Shown one piece after another: positions 39,415-50,935 of a stretch of DNA of 51,514 bases. The first letter of the stretch is position 1, and each line of letters opens with the position of its first letter. Origin of the DNA: Phoronis australis (lineage: Eukaryota; Animalia; Phoronida); assembly GCA_002633005.1 (NCBI GenBank), contig NMRA01000130.1:836094-887607 (forward strand). The letters run 5' to 3'. The translations under genes were made by a program, and so were the position numbers. The notes beneath the pieces are model-generated. The model did not search any database. It saw only the letters and a program-made list of their open reading frames with translations, and was not told where the DNA came from.

Positions 39415-40185
39415 CCTGATATTTCATGCTTTTTGTATGCCGACGATATAGCAACCATTTCGTCTGCTCCCAACAACCTGCGAAATCAAATTCGAGTTCT
39501 TGAAAATCCCTTTGACAAAGTTGGATACCTAAAACATATATCATGGTCTTTCGAAATGGAGGACCAATGAAGAGGTGTGAGAAATGTTTTTTTTTTAATC
39601 ATACTTCCATCTTATACGTATCTTGGCAGTTGTATTTTTTCATCACGCTTTGTGTGGACTAAAATACTGATAACCTAGCCATGAAGACAACAAGGTAGTT
39701 GACAGCATTGTTTGATTTGGCAGATATATTGGTGGTTAAGATATTGTAAATGCTGTAACAGTGTTAGATAAAATGGTGACACCAATACTAATGTATGGTG
39801 ATGAGGTTTGGGGATATCAGCGGTACAGCTCCATAGAAAGCATCAAATTTCTATTTTGTAAATACATGTTGAGAGTTGGCTCAAAAACTACCAATGCCGC
39901 TGTGCTGGGTAAACTGGACCGATATCCTGTGTATGTTTTAAAAGTACTTCATTAGATGCGTAAAATACTAGTTACGATTACAAAGAAATGCCAGAGTATA
40001 GGTATCCCAAAAAAAGCTACAACATGTTGATGTCATTAGATGGCATTTGTGTGAAAACCTGGGCCATTTGTATCAAACGTTTACTACATGGTTATAGTAT
40101 TCGCTTTGCTTGGTCAAAACAAATTGTTGGTGATATTGATGCCTTTTTGAAAAATATTTACTCAGAGGCCTAAAGATTACGTTAA
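39415..40185 (+). mobile_element. Decayed LINE reverse transcriptase and C-terminal region (RTE-X-like)
   Basis: FLYADDIA (RT catalytic YADD), LDKMVTPILMYGDEVWG, FCKYMLRVGSKTTNAAVLGKLDRYP, RYPKKSYNML and TWAICIKRLL. Multiple frameshifts. The clade call is tentative. Confidence 0.82.
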
Positions 40186-40620
40186 GAGCTTTAATTGATA
40201 AAAGAAATTAGATGAATCATTTTTAGACCGCAATTTTTATAATTCTGAACCAATGTCTTAAACGAAATTCTATCTTTTTTGTAACTCCAAATAAACATTT
40301 TCTCCAGTTGCTTGAAAAAATCATCTTTCGTGAGTTCACCACACAATTCTTTCCCAGAACACTGAGGTATCTTCTGGACCAAGAGTGTAAAATATTCTGA
40401 ATATCAATAATTTTAGTATTAAAGTCCAAACCAAATATTTCGTCTAGATTCACACTAAATTTTACTGGTTCTATTTTTGACCAATTTAAAGTTTTTGCCA
40501 AAACAAATATCCAGGTATCATACTTCCTGGTTCTATTCCATATGTACTCGGTTTTTCAATATTCGTTTGAAGGCCTAATATGGTGCCAAATTAACTATTT
40601 TTATATCTAAAATACGTGTA
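40186..40620 (-). mobile_element. Decayed Tx1/L1-clade LINE ORF2 fragment
   Basis: FGTILGLQTNIEK, SWSRRYLSVLGKNCVVNS and FIWSYKKDRISFKTLVQNYKNCGLKMIHLISFIN. Same motif class as 20072-21347. Confidence 0.8.
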
Positions 40621-40867
40621 TTGATGAAAAACATCAACATACGGTGTAACAGCACACCCCAGTCGTTAATTAAGTAGGCCTTTTACAATACGCCAGCTCC
40701 ATCACGAATCCTTGTTAGCGCCAAAAAGAAAACTTGAGATGGCGCTCGCACAAATCGAAGTCATATAGATGCTGTAATGCCGTGCAGTTACCGACGGATA
40801 AAAATATAAAATTGTAAAACTATTAAAACTAAAACGATGAGCGTCGGTACTAAAATATATTAAAATA

Positions 40868-40908
40868 TTCTCCACGTTTCGAGCGATGCACTCTTTGTCA
40901 AGGGTGTG
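40868..40908 (-). ncRNA. Degenerate minimal hammerhead-like motif of a Penelope-like element terminal repeat
   Basis: The minus strand reads CACCC-UUGACAA-A-GAGUG-CAU-CGCUC-GAAAC-GU-GG. This has a U3/A8 variant core, a 5-bp stem II, GAAA and a palindromic ACGU helix III. The cleavage-site nucleotide appears missing or is G. Confidence 0.5.
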
Positions 40909-41047
40909 CTACAGACTGCTGAGTGCATGTAGATGGATCTAAAATAAAATGGCACAAGAGACCACATAGTGACATACAATAGACAACGTGAACAATATGA
41001 ACAATATCGGACATAGCAATTACCAGTGAGGTAGGCCTACGCATGGC

Positions 41048-41259
41048 GAGAGAGAGAGAGATANNNNNNNNNNNNNNNNNNNNNNNNNNNNNNNNNNNNN
41101 NNNNNNNNNNNNNNNNNNNNNNNNNNNNNNNNNNNNNNNNNNNNNNNNNNNNNNNNNNNNNNNNNNNNNNNNNNNNNNNNNNNNNNNNNNNNNNNNNNNN
41201 NNNNNNNNNNNNNNNNNNNNNNNNNNNNNNNNNNNNNNNNNNNNNNNNNNNNNNNNNNN

Positions 41260-41334
<75 letters not shown>
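41048..41334. repeat. (GA)n microsatellite spanning an assembly gap (N 41064-41259)
   Basis: Direct reading. Confidence 0.97.
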
Positions 41335-41338
<4 letters not shown>

Positions 41339-41369
41339 GGACCCAAACAGAGACATACGTAGCTACTGG

Positions 41370-41835
41370 AGTCTATTCACTACAGACTTGCAGTGAGATA
41401 GAACCCCTGTTTCTGTTTAGGCCTCTGGCGTGAGTGTTGAATTTGGCGATGAATTCGGTCTCGCATTTTCTCCATGCGTAAGTGTCCGGCAGCCCGCTTT
41501 GACTGCCAGTACACTGAGGTCACTGGTAGTATGGCCCTGTTGTTGTGAAGGATCGTCTGCCTATGGCCGTTCATTCTCGTCCGTAACGAGTTACATGTCT
41601 CCCCAAAATACCACACGTGGGGACATTTAGCACACCTAATAAGATACACAATGCCCGCACTCGAGCTGGAGAATTTGTGCCTGATCTCATATGAGACACC
41701 ATGGCGACTTATGACCGACTCCCCTGATATGCAAGTGCAAGTCAGGCACCTCAGTGGAATTGTCACATCTCACACAGCCAACCTCTTGGTGATCTATGTT
41801 AATGAACCTGCTTCTAACTAGACATGTGGTAACAG
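41370..41835 (-). mobile_element. Penelope-like retroelement relic, GIY-YIG endonuclease
   Basis: LVRSRF, then RCLTC...GIVYLIRCAKCPHVWYFGETCNSLRTRMNGHR, and after a frameshift ETEFIAKFNTHARGLNRNRG. Confidence 0.85.
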
Positions 41836-41897
41836 CCCTTGCAATGTCATTCGATGCTGCACATTATAGCCTATGTGAGTCCCATGGGCGCCTCACA

Positions 41898-42261
41898 TTA
41901 CTGTGCGTATAAGTCGTTCTCGATGAAGGTTGCCTCTGAAAATCGTGTCGCCTGCGCTGTTGCAACAGGCTCCTCCCTTTCTCCTTTGTATTCCATATTC
42001 TCAACCATCTCAATACCTTCTATTGGCCTGTGCTTCCGTAAAGCAGATTTTCCATTGTCGTTCTTTTTGACTTTTTGTTCCGAATACTGACTTTCAACGA
42101 AGGTATTTGCCGTTGAGTAAAAATCAGTGTACACGGTGTCACGGATCACCGTATCGTCGATTTCGTAGTATTTTCTGACTGACAGCTCCCTTTGGTTGTT
42201 GATCTGTTTATCTGTCTTGGTGCACGGGGGGTCGACAGAGTTCGTCCGAAGCTCCATTGCC
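41898..42261 (-). CDS. C-type lectin domain type I membrane receptor, last exon (cytoplasmic tail)
   Basis: Acceptor TTTGCTTGAAG; phase 2 fits the TM exon (AG|G). Encodes AMELRTNS...KYYEI...VYTDF...ENMEY...FIENDLYAQ*. Confidence 0.8.
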
Positions 42262-43466
42262 CTTCAAGCAAATGGTGGATAAAAATAAATAGTGTAAAGC
42301 CCCTACGCGAGATCTAGAGTTCAGACGAAATGCTTCAAGTCAGAATTTAAAGCTACCTGCTTAAAAAGCCTAAGGGCCGCTACTAAAATGTATTCGATGA
42401 ATGTAGGAATTGCTAGTAGGCTGAATTCCTTTTGATTAGAGAATTTATATCTACATGAGCGCGGAAAATCGCCAAACATTCAGTTTGCATTACATAAATA
42501 ATGTAGGTAGGATCTTCAGAGCTGTTGGAAAAGAAATAAAATTGGAAATGTAACATGAACGCGCACAGCCTAAAAAAGGGGGCTCGAAATTTTGAGAATG
42601 CGGACATTGTACTAAGAATCATGGGGTACGTTCAGAGCTATGAACTGTGCATTCGCCGAATTTTGGTTGTTCCTGACATTTAGGTGGACTTTTGTCTCGT
42701 TTTCGGTGTTTTTGTCTCTCCGAGGCGGATCCCGAGCCCCCCCTTTCGGTGCAGGCATGTTTAAGTACTGATACCTGACTGTAATGGCGGGTAACTGAAC
42801 ATCACATTTGTTCCTTACTCTGCTTAGTAGGGATCGTGATTAAGTGATTCAATGACAACATGAATGTGACGAGGCTAGTGACAGGAAATCTAGTTTACAA
42901 AAATTGGTATTTGTCATTTAGTAAATTTACCGTGTTGTTTCCGTCAGATGTGGTTGCAAACCGGGCCAACACATCTATACTATCTGTAGTTCAGTCACCA
43001 AAATGGTAGTACCGCGGTGTGCAATCATACATTTGGACCGGCTTATACAGATAATATAAACTAGACAATAAATGCCAGGTACGCTGTTAAGAATGAAGCA
43101 GTGCAAACTTTATAATCATCCCCATATTGTCTGAGGCGGCTGTGGCCAGGAACTGATAATTACTAGAATAATTCTAGTACGTATTACTAAGGCGTTTCTT
43201 AGAAAAGAGAGTGGGTCTACCTTTTTCGAGAACTGAACGATCATACCAGATATAATACCAAAAAGGTAGGGCAGGTAGTAGTACTTCCACAAGTTCTGTG
43301 GAAGAACTCGAGGTTTATGAAACCTCGCACGTTTGGTCAAAACAGTTGCCTTTCTGTTAAGTAGGTTTACCACGAAACAGATAAACAGGGAGTTCTTCTG
43401 AACTTTTTGTGAATCAGTTACTCGTTGCTTTAAAAGTGATAAAACATTAGTCACTCAATTAAATAC

Positions 43467-43560
43467 CTCTTTGGCCTGTACGCTCGAAGAAAGACAAAGA
43501 TGCCAACTACGACAAGCACAACGACTGTCATTGTACCAATGACACTTCCAACATACAGAC
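43467..43560 (-). CDS. C-type lectin receptor, transmembrane exon
   Basis: Acceptor CATTTCCAG, donor GTATTT. Encodes LYVGSVIGTMTVVVLVVVGIFVFL followed by the basic stop-transfer RAYRPKR. Confidence 0.87.
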
Positions 43561-43839
43561 CTGGAAATGTGAACAGAATCAACTCAGTCAGCAATGGCAT
43601 GTGCACAATTTAGATTAAGATATAATTTGGCCAAGAATAAACTTCTTAGAGACGCCATGGGTGTGTGGATTACATCTGCAATGGAAAAGTTGAGTCGTTT
43701 TTCAATAAACTTATTTTTGATCTGACCATTATTTACACAATAGCGGTTGTACGTCATGGACTTGTAATAGCCATCGTAACAATACGTGCGCCTTTGAAAA
43801 GGCTTTGTCTTTTCCTTTTGAAACTTAAAGTTTTCTCAC

Positions 43840-44118
43840 CGACGTTATCTTGTGACAGAGTATCTGACGCATTCCTGCGACGAGCTTCGCCAGTGAAATT
43901 ATCTAACGTTTCCTTTGATGAAAGCGTCGTCGCTGGTCCAGTGTGATATGTAAATGTTGTTAAACTTGCATTTCTTGTTTGACCGTCGGATGTCGCCAAT
44001 AACTTCCAAGGTGTGGATTTAAATAGTGCATATGCGCTCGTTTCCTTGGTTTTACCTCCAGAGGTCGTTGATGGTGTTGTTGTTGTTGTTGTTAGATCTT
44101 CCGGTGTTGGTGTTGGAT
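43840..44118 (-). CDS. C-type lectin receptor, Thr/Ser-rich stalk exon
   Basis: Acceptor CACTTACAG, donor GTGAGA, 279 nt open, phase 1-1. Encodes PTPTPEDLTTTTTPSTTSGG...ARRRNASDTLSQDNV. Confidence 0.78.
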
Positions 44119-44781
44119 CTGTAAGTGATGAGATGTTCCCAACAGACGCATATCAGTTGCTATTGCTGGGTCAACATCACACGGCTCAATATATAGCGGA
44201 ATGGAACGTCTGCTCAAGGTATTTAATGTGCATACTAACAATAATTAAAACGAATGACAGGTTCGACTGACGAACAAAGACAACATGTGAGAAACCGGTG
44301 CAAACGCGCCACAAAAACATATACGGCAGATGAAACTATTCAAAGCACATTGTTGTTATGTTCCAAGCCTCGTGTACGTAAGCATTCAAAGGTCATACCG
44401 GTTGGAATAAGCCACGAATGGAGTTCTGGTCAGGTGATGCAATAATTAATTTCTATTGGCTACCGGTACCTGAGATAATTGGCTTAGCACATAGCTCAAC
44501 TCGCCTGCACGCTGAGGACGTATGGTACAAGAAAGCCATCAAATGAGACACTCGCCCCACTGCCTCGCGAGCTAAAATGTTAAACGCTTCATTATTTCAC
44601 AACCGTGAGCTATGAGCAGACACTTTGGAATCAAGTCGCGTAAATTTTAGTCTGTGTTCGCCCAGTTGTGAGAGTATTCATTTGCTATAAAAATCTATAT
44701 GCTTGATGTCCTTAAGTTTCGTGTGCTGAATTTGACATGGTTGTATTTAAGGAAGTTTCCATTATATTTCTTTGATCTTAC

Positions 44782-44919
44782 CGATTTGACAGACAAACGG
44801 TTTCCTATCATCACAGTGGGCGTCCTTCCAATATCCGCTCTGGTCTATTGAAACACACTTGAATTTGCTGTTCGAAGGTGCGCCGATCTTCCAGCGAAAA
44901 TTCCTTTTAACGACACCAC
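44782..44919 (-). CDS. C-type lectin receptor, CTLD2 second half
   Basis: Acceptor CATGTAG, donor GTAAGA, 138 nt, phase 1-1. Encodes RWKIGAPSNSKFKCVSIDQSGYWKDAHCDDRKPFVCQI. Confidence 0.88.
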
Positions 44920-45688
44920 CTACATGAACATACATTTGAAAAATTAATTCGAATGGCCACTAATGAAACGTCTTGTGAATTTGACAGAGTCCTCTAGATC
45001 ACATGTTCGCGAGTTCTGCAAACGTGTTAGTTTCAAGTTGGATCTCTGTTAATTGTACGACTTTTATTAACAAGTTCCTGTCGAGTTTCTATCTGCGTGG
45101 CACGTGTATCCTGACCCGGGTTAAATTTTAAAACAAAATGTCTGACTTGCAAAGCATTCGCAGATAAGCCATCACAAAATTAAATTGTACATCTCAGTGT
45201 CTAAATAACCGTTGAGGATATACAGGCCACAAACAATTTAAAGCGTTCCTACAATCGATTTTGGCAGTTTTTGAGGATTTAGGAGGTTTCCAAATCTAAC
45301 ATAATATACCTACATACACAAAACGTACCGAGAGTGGCGTGCATGAAGTAACATCCCACGAGACATTATTACGCGTATCGACCGAGACCAAAGGTTGGGG
45401 CAGAAATCTTATGTTCATTAGTTCACGTGATGTGGCCATCAGGTGGCGTGCATACCTGACTTAAAATGTTTAGGCTTGCCTTGAGGTCTATAACGAATTG
45501 ACAGTCTCCAAAAATGTGTTCGGTGTTACTGTTTATGCGTTTAGTTTGTATAGTCATCAGTTTCCACAGTGTCTTTATACTGCGATGCTAATTTCAAAGG
45601 TAATTGTATAAAAAAACTGTGCTAGTGTTCAGATTGCGTTTGACTGAATATCATCACTAACCAAGAGTATTTCCCCGTTTTTGCTTAC

Positions 45689-45880
45689 CGCTAGCCCACC
45701 ACCACACCCTTGTCGTTCCGCCTCCCCAGTAAGTTTGGAAGTTTGATTTTGCGAAGAACTTTGTCATCGTCTCTTCGCTGTCCGTATTGTTAATCGCTGC
45801 CAAACTCCCGCCCAGTTTACAACAAGTGGTTTGCGCATCAAACCATGTCCTCTCCAAAGCATCGACGACATACCCAACGC
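45689..45880 (-). CDS. C-type lectin receptor, CTLD2 first half
   Basis: Acceptor CCTTCTCAG, donor GTAAGC, 192 nt, phase 1-1. Encodes YVVDALERTWFDAQTTCCKLGGSLAAINN...YWGGGTTRVWWWAS. Confidence 0.9.
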
Positions 45881-46028
45881 CTGAGAAGGACGAGGGAGAA
45901 TAGTTATCTTTCTTATTTTTAATGGTTGTCTTTAGTTTAGATATATGAGTACAAACAGGTGAACGAAAGAAGTTTTCTAGGTAGATTTAGCAACAAGACA
46001 TTTATTGTAAAGCACCAACAACAACACA

Positions 46029-46150
46029 GGAGGTACAGTGTGGTCTAGTGGGATGAGTGGTCGCTTTCTTTACTCAAAATCGAGGTTCTAGTCTCACTGG
46101 GACACAATGCTAAACCCTTGAATCAGGTCTCTAGCTACTCTGCTTGGATA
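46029..46150 (+). mobile_element. Decayed tRNA-derived SINE head
   Basis: A-box TGGTCTAGTGG (46041-46051) and B-box GGTTCTAGTC (46084-46093) at tRNA-like spacing. No intact cloverleaf. Confidence 0.55.
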
Positions 46151-46484
46151 TAATTATATACTAAACAATATACAGGTGGTAGCATTGATTTAGGCCTACA
46201 TGAGCGGCCGTCACATGTCTGGTACAATGTGTATCATATCACATGCAATTAGATTTTAAAATTAAAATGAATGAAAATATTGTATGGATTGGGTCTTGGC
46301 ATCAAGTTGCGAACCACGGGATGTCCATTTGAAGGTTTCCAGTTGCAGCACAACGTAAATAACAGTTCCTTCTTCGTGAAGTGTTTTGTTTTTAGAACAA
46401 CGTCTTATTCGGACCTCTCATGGACAGTTTCAGTAAGCACCAATTCATGAACAATTCACCTTCCTGCCGCCAGCAAGCACTCAC

Positions 46485-46625
46485 CTGGAATCTGGCAAAT
46501 GGAATGAAGTAGCAGCCTGCAGTCAACGTCGTTCCATTTCATACCCTTGTATTGGAATCTGTACTCTAGGCACCATTCAAATCCGTTGAAGTTATTAGGT
46601 TCATTGTTACCCCAAAAGTGTTCTG
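46485..46625 (-). CDS. C-type lectin receptor, CTLD1 second half (EPN/WND); upstream exons not found
   Basis: Acceptor TTTTTCACAG, donor GTGAGT, 141 nt, phase 1-1. Encodes HFWGNNEPNNFNGFEWCLEYRFQYKGMKWNDVDCRLLLHSICQIP. Confidence 0.9.
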
Positions 46626-49539
46626 CTGTGAAAAATAATTGTACATTATTATACAGGTCTTCCTAAGATTATTTACCATATAACGGGCTTGTCAACTAGC
46701 TGTGGCGTTAACTCTCCTTCCGTAAGGAACAATGATATGAAAATGGTTTTTAATAACAATTCCACGACAAAATCAAAAGAACAAAATCTGAGGATCACCT
46801 TTCAGTTTCAGGTTAAAGTTTGTATGTGATCGTGGCATAGGTCTGATACAAAAATCTCCCCGAATTTGCACTCATTGGCCTTTTAATAATGACTCGGTTT
46901 TTGTAGACTGAAAAATAACAATTTTCCAATATCAAAAATAGTAATAGTACAGTAGATTGCATGCAATAATTGGATAAGGGAGTGGTACATAAGAACACCC
47001 AAAATAATTTCGCTGCAACCATCATGTGACAGGGGAGATAAATCTGGAGCCACTTTTATTATGATAAAGTTGATTTCGCTCAAGTGTTTCTACAAACCAG
47101 TTTGCGGAGTAGTGGATATTCAAAGATATGTTCTTGGATAGATCTTAGACGTGTGAACAAATTGAAGAAATCTCTCGAAAAATTCCGAATAGTGCGTATT
47201 CTACACATTTTAAACGAATGATTGCCGTAACTTCATTCATTTAAAATGGTTTCATTCTGAAATAATGCGAATCAACATTTTAGACACCATGGTGCCCCCT
47301 TTCACCCATTGAGCGTTTCTAACTGAATTTGGGTCTGAGGTTATACAGACACAGGTTACATGTACATGTACAAGTATGCCATGTTTGCCTGTTGCCAAAA
47401 CCTAAAATGGTTAAAGCCGTCTGAGACAATTTTAAGGCTGATATGAATATTCCAAGTTATTTTTAATGATACATTCCAATTTGCGCATTATTTAAATGCG
47501 ACTAGCTTCTATTTACAACCTTTTTAGAATTAAGGGATCGAGAAAGATGGCGTATAGAAACCAAGTTTTTCATGTTGAAGACAAGAGTGTGCACTATAGA
47601 AAAGGTATTGTTTTCTGGAAAAGAAAATGATAATTACAATACCATGCGTTATCACTCTTTTTACATCAATGTTCCATATTAATATTCTATTAATTTCACG
47701 ACACACATTTTTCTAAATTTCTTGATAAATTACGTGTTTTCTAACTAGATACTCAATTTACAGAAATATGCTACTTTTGGATTGTGATTTGTGAAGCTTA
47801 CTCAAATCCTTCTAATTCACAGCTTCATAATTTTAATTATCATTCTAGTTCCAAGAGGGACGTGTTTTGAGTAATCAATCGTCATGGTGGCAATTGTGCA
47901 TGTCCACTTTCATACTTAATGTTGTTTTGGCTCTGTCTGTATTGCTGGGATTGCCTAAACTACATTGTAAATTACTGATTAACTTATATATTAATTTGTC
48001 CTGACATCACGTCAGATTTACTTTGCCAGATGCCATGTAACCCTCAGCTACAAATAAAGTTTGAAGCCCGTGCGTCCACAAGTTTTTAAGAAATGCATCG
48101 AATATCTAACCCTGAAATGCCAAATCCGATCTCGCGGCCTCTGACGCTGCTTTGCGCATGTGTGGGAGTTGTTTGCCTTCGTTTGTTCCAGCGTGTGCAT
48201 TTTTTATGAAATTAACTGTCACTAAAACTTTTCGTTTTTAAACTTAATTGCACAAGAGCCATATTATCATTAAAAAATCCTTTGTCAGTTCTTAATGATC
48301 ATGTCAGAAGCGAAAGATACAAAATTTAATTCATTATTAAGTAATTATCGTTTTGCATACCTGACTGGTTTAAAATGTTTTTTAATTTAAAAAATCAAAA
48401 AAGTCACCAAAATGTGAAGAACAACAACTTGTAATATTGCATAAAAAGAAATGAACCACGTATTATATAAATAACTAGTTAAACAATTACAGATAATTTT
48501 AATGATTCAAAAGAATGTCGCCATGTAGAGACAATAGTTTTAGTGTATGGATCCCTCACACTAGAGATGAATAATTTTGTCAGGCATTTATTCAAAGTCA
48601 AATATACATTATAATTAATTGAACTTTTGGTCCGGCTTGATACAAATATTCATTGAAAATTCAGAATGCATTGGTGTTGACGAAAAATGTGGTAAACTGA
48701 TCCGAAATTTGCAGATAAAGGTTTTGTGATAGATACAAATGAGCAAACATCTATCACGTAGCTTTGAAATGCTGTGGATAGCTCATTGGTTGCATGGTAG
48801 AAAAAAAAGTTATTGCTTCAGAAAGTAAAAGTTAATGATCCTTATATGTGTAGCATATCCTAATGAGGTAAACAAGAGACATTGGAACACATTTTACGAT
48901 TTAAAGAAAATGGACTCTAGGGAATAGTAGTATTCATAAAAAGAGACAACGTTATTTTGAACACATGTTGCATAGTTGTCACGGTCAACATTCAAGAACG
49001 AAAAAAAAAACAACTGGATTGAAAAAAGAGGGACAACTGAGTCTTAGCCAAAACATAATGGTGAAATGTTTGCTGCAACACACCGATAACGTTTTTTGTC
49101 GAATACCTGGCAGCGTTTTTGTTGTTGCTTTATAATTATGGGTATCGTATAAACTCATAAAATGTCCTAATTTTCCTTTTTAGTTGAGCGGAAAAAACAC
49201 GGTTCAGTGGCGTGGGAAATTACAATAGTATAACATGAAAAATGTATATCAAGTTAGCTGTGTGTCAAAAAGCAGGAGATTTACATGGTGAAAACTTCAA
49301 AAAGTGGGACAGTCCACCAAGAGTGGGGCAAATGGAAAAGACACTGTAGGCCTACACTGTCACGAACAAGAAGCATTGGATTGGTTTTACACGGCAAAGT
49401 TTTCATTTTAAAATTTTACTTGACGAGTATAGTAAAATAACATTGGGCTTCTTCTAAGAAATCGATTTAAGAAACAAGGTATCTGGGCAACAGGTATGAA
49501 TTGCAGAAACAATTAAAATAAAATTTTCACATGCGCGAG

Positions 49540-49606
49540 CACACACACACACACACGCACGCACGCACGCACGCACGCACGCGTACACGCACGCACAACA
49601 CACACT
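49540..49606. repeat. (CA)n/(CACG)n compound microsatellite
   Basis: Direct reading. Confidence 0.95.
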
Positions 49607-50499
49607 AACTCACTTCACTAAACAATTAAGGATTATTTTTTGAAACTTAGCCTTAGCGCTAACTCTCGCGACTAGTCTCGGGGTCGCAAGAAATAGAATA
49701 CATTGGTCACGTGGAGGAGTTGAAATTCCAGGGCTTGAGTTCTATGACAAATGGTACTTTTACCGCATATGGGTGTGTGACAACAAGTGACAAATCGATT
49801 TTCGATGGATTTAAACGATTAACATCGTGTAGACATGACAAGACTCATATTAAAAGGACTTCATATTATATGTAATGATTGTCAGGTATTGAGATGGACG
49901 TTACCAGAGCACACATCAGTTAGAAGATGACGAGGATGGGGCACAGGTTAGACTTATGAACGGTTTCCAAAACTTCGAGTGTGACTATTGATCTGGTGGG
50001 TCAGCACAAATTACACTTATCCAGAAACATACATGTGCCATCGTTTCTTGGATAAAAATTTTTAGTCAAACCTCAATGAAATTTCACCAAAAAGCTGCCA
50101 CCAGGGAATCAGCAGTTGTCGTATTATCTAAAATTGACATGGACCTATTGCGTCACCAAAACATATTTGCAAAATTAATGAATTCCAGTCTTAGGCGAAA
50201 CATGTGTGTACCGCCCGTAATTAAAGACTGTAAATACGTGACGGTATGTCCTTACAGTCGGCTGTTGCTTGGAAACAAACAAAAAAATTATTTTTATTAT
50301 TTTGTTTGTTTGTCAGACAACAAATTGGTGGAAAATATTATTTGAAATCACCAGCACCCCAATAACTGGCCCCCACCCCACCTCAAAAAGTTTCTAAAAC
50401 TTGAATACATAAAATAGAAAAAACTTAATCAACTAAAGGTTAATGGAAACCTCTTTGTAAAAAAGTCTTCTGTGAGAGACATCCAATCTCTACATAAAT

Positions 50500-50935
50500 A
50501 TCAAGATTTTTTTCCTTTCCATTCAATTAAAAGCCGTTTTAAAATCACTTTAATAACTGAACCTTCGATATACATGTACATGTATGAATTGATTAAACAC
50601 ATGACACTTTTCGTTATTATCATTAGGGATAATATTAAAGTTTGTAACCCCGATGATTACCTCGATGTTATTATTCATTATCGGAATCGGAAGTCCTCCA
50701 ATTTGTTCATGAAAAATAACATTTCTAAATCGAAAGTCCGGCCCGTTGACTAGCGTATTGTTGTTTATGAGTTTGTATGGCCTATGAATGAATGTCTTCC
50801 CTCAAATGTCAAACTATGTTACATTGGTCAAACGGTTTGCTGTCTTTCCCGTCGGTTATCTATATATCTTCAAAATAACGCCATTCAAGATCATTTTCTG
50901 CAATGTCACGAACGTAACATCACCCGTCAAGCAAG
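50500..50935 (+). mobile_element. Second Penelope-like relic (RT-EN linker and GIY-YIG)
   Basis: IIHYRNRKSSNLFMKNN, then an in-frame TAG at 50751, then RIVVYEFVWPMNEC...CYIGQTVCCLSRRLSIYLQNNAIQDHFLQCH. The two listed ORFs are one frame. Confidence 0.78.

Noticed and set aside
40898-41396. SL/ER-repeat ORFs
   Set aside because: They come from (GA)n plus an N gap.
45329-45455. Possible extra lectin exon on the minus strand (AG...GT bounded, SWDVTSC)
   Set aside because: There is a stop codon in the required phase, and the exon at 44782-44919 already completes the domain.
46029-46110. tRNA gene
   Set aside because: A and B boxes are present but there are no acceptor or anticodon stems, so it is treated as a SINE relic.
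2590-49713. Many CACGTG E-boxes as circadian control of qvr
   Set aside because: They also occur outside the gene (38554, 45424, 49708), and the duplication double-counts two, so there is no specific clustering.
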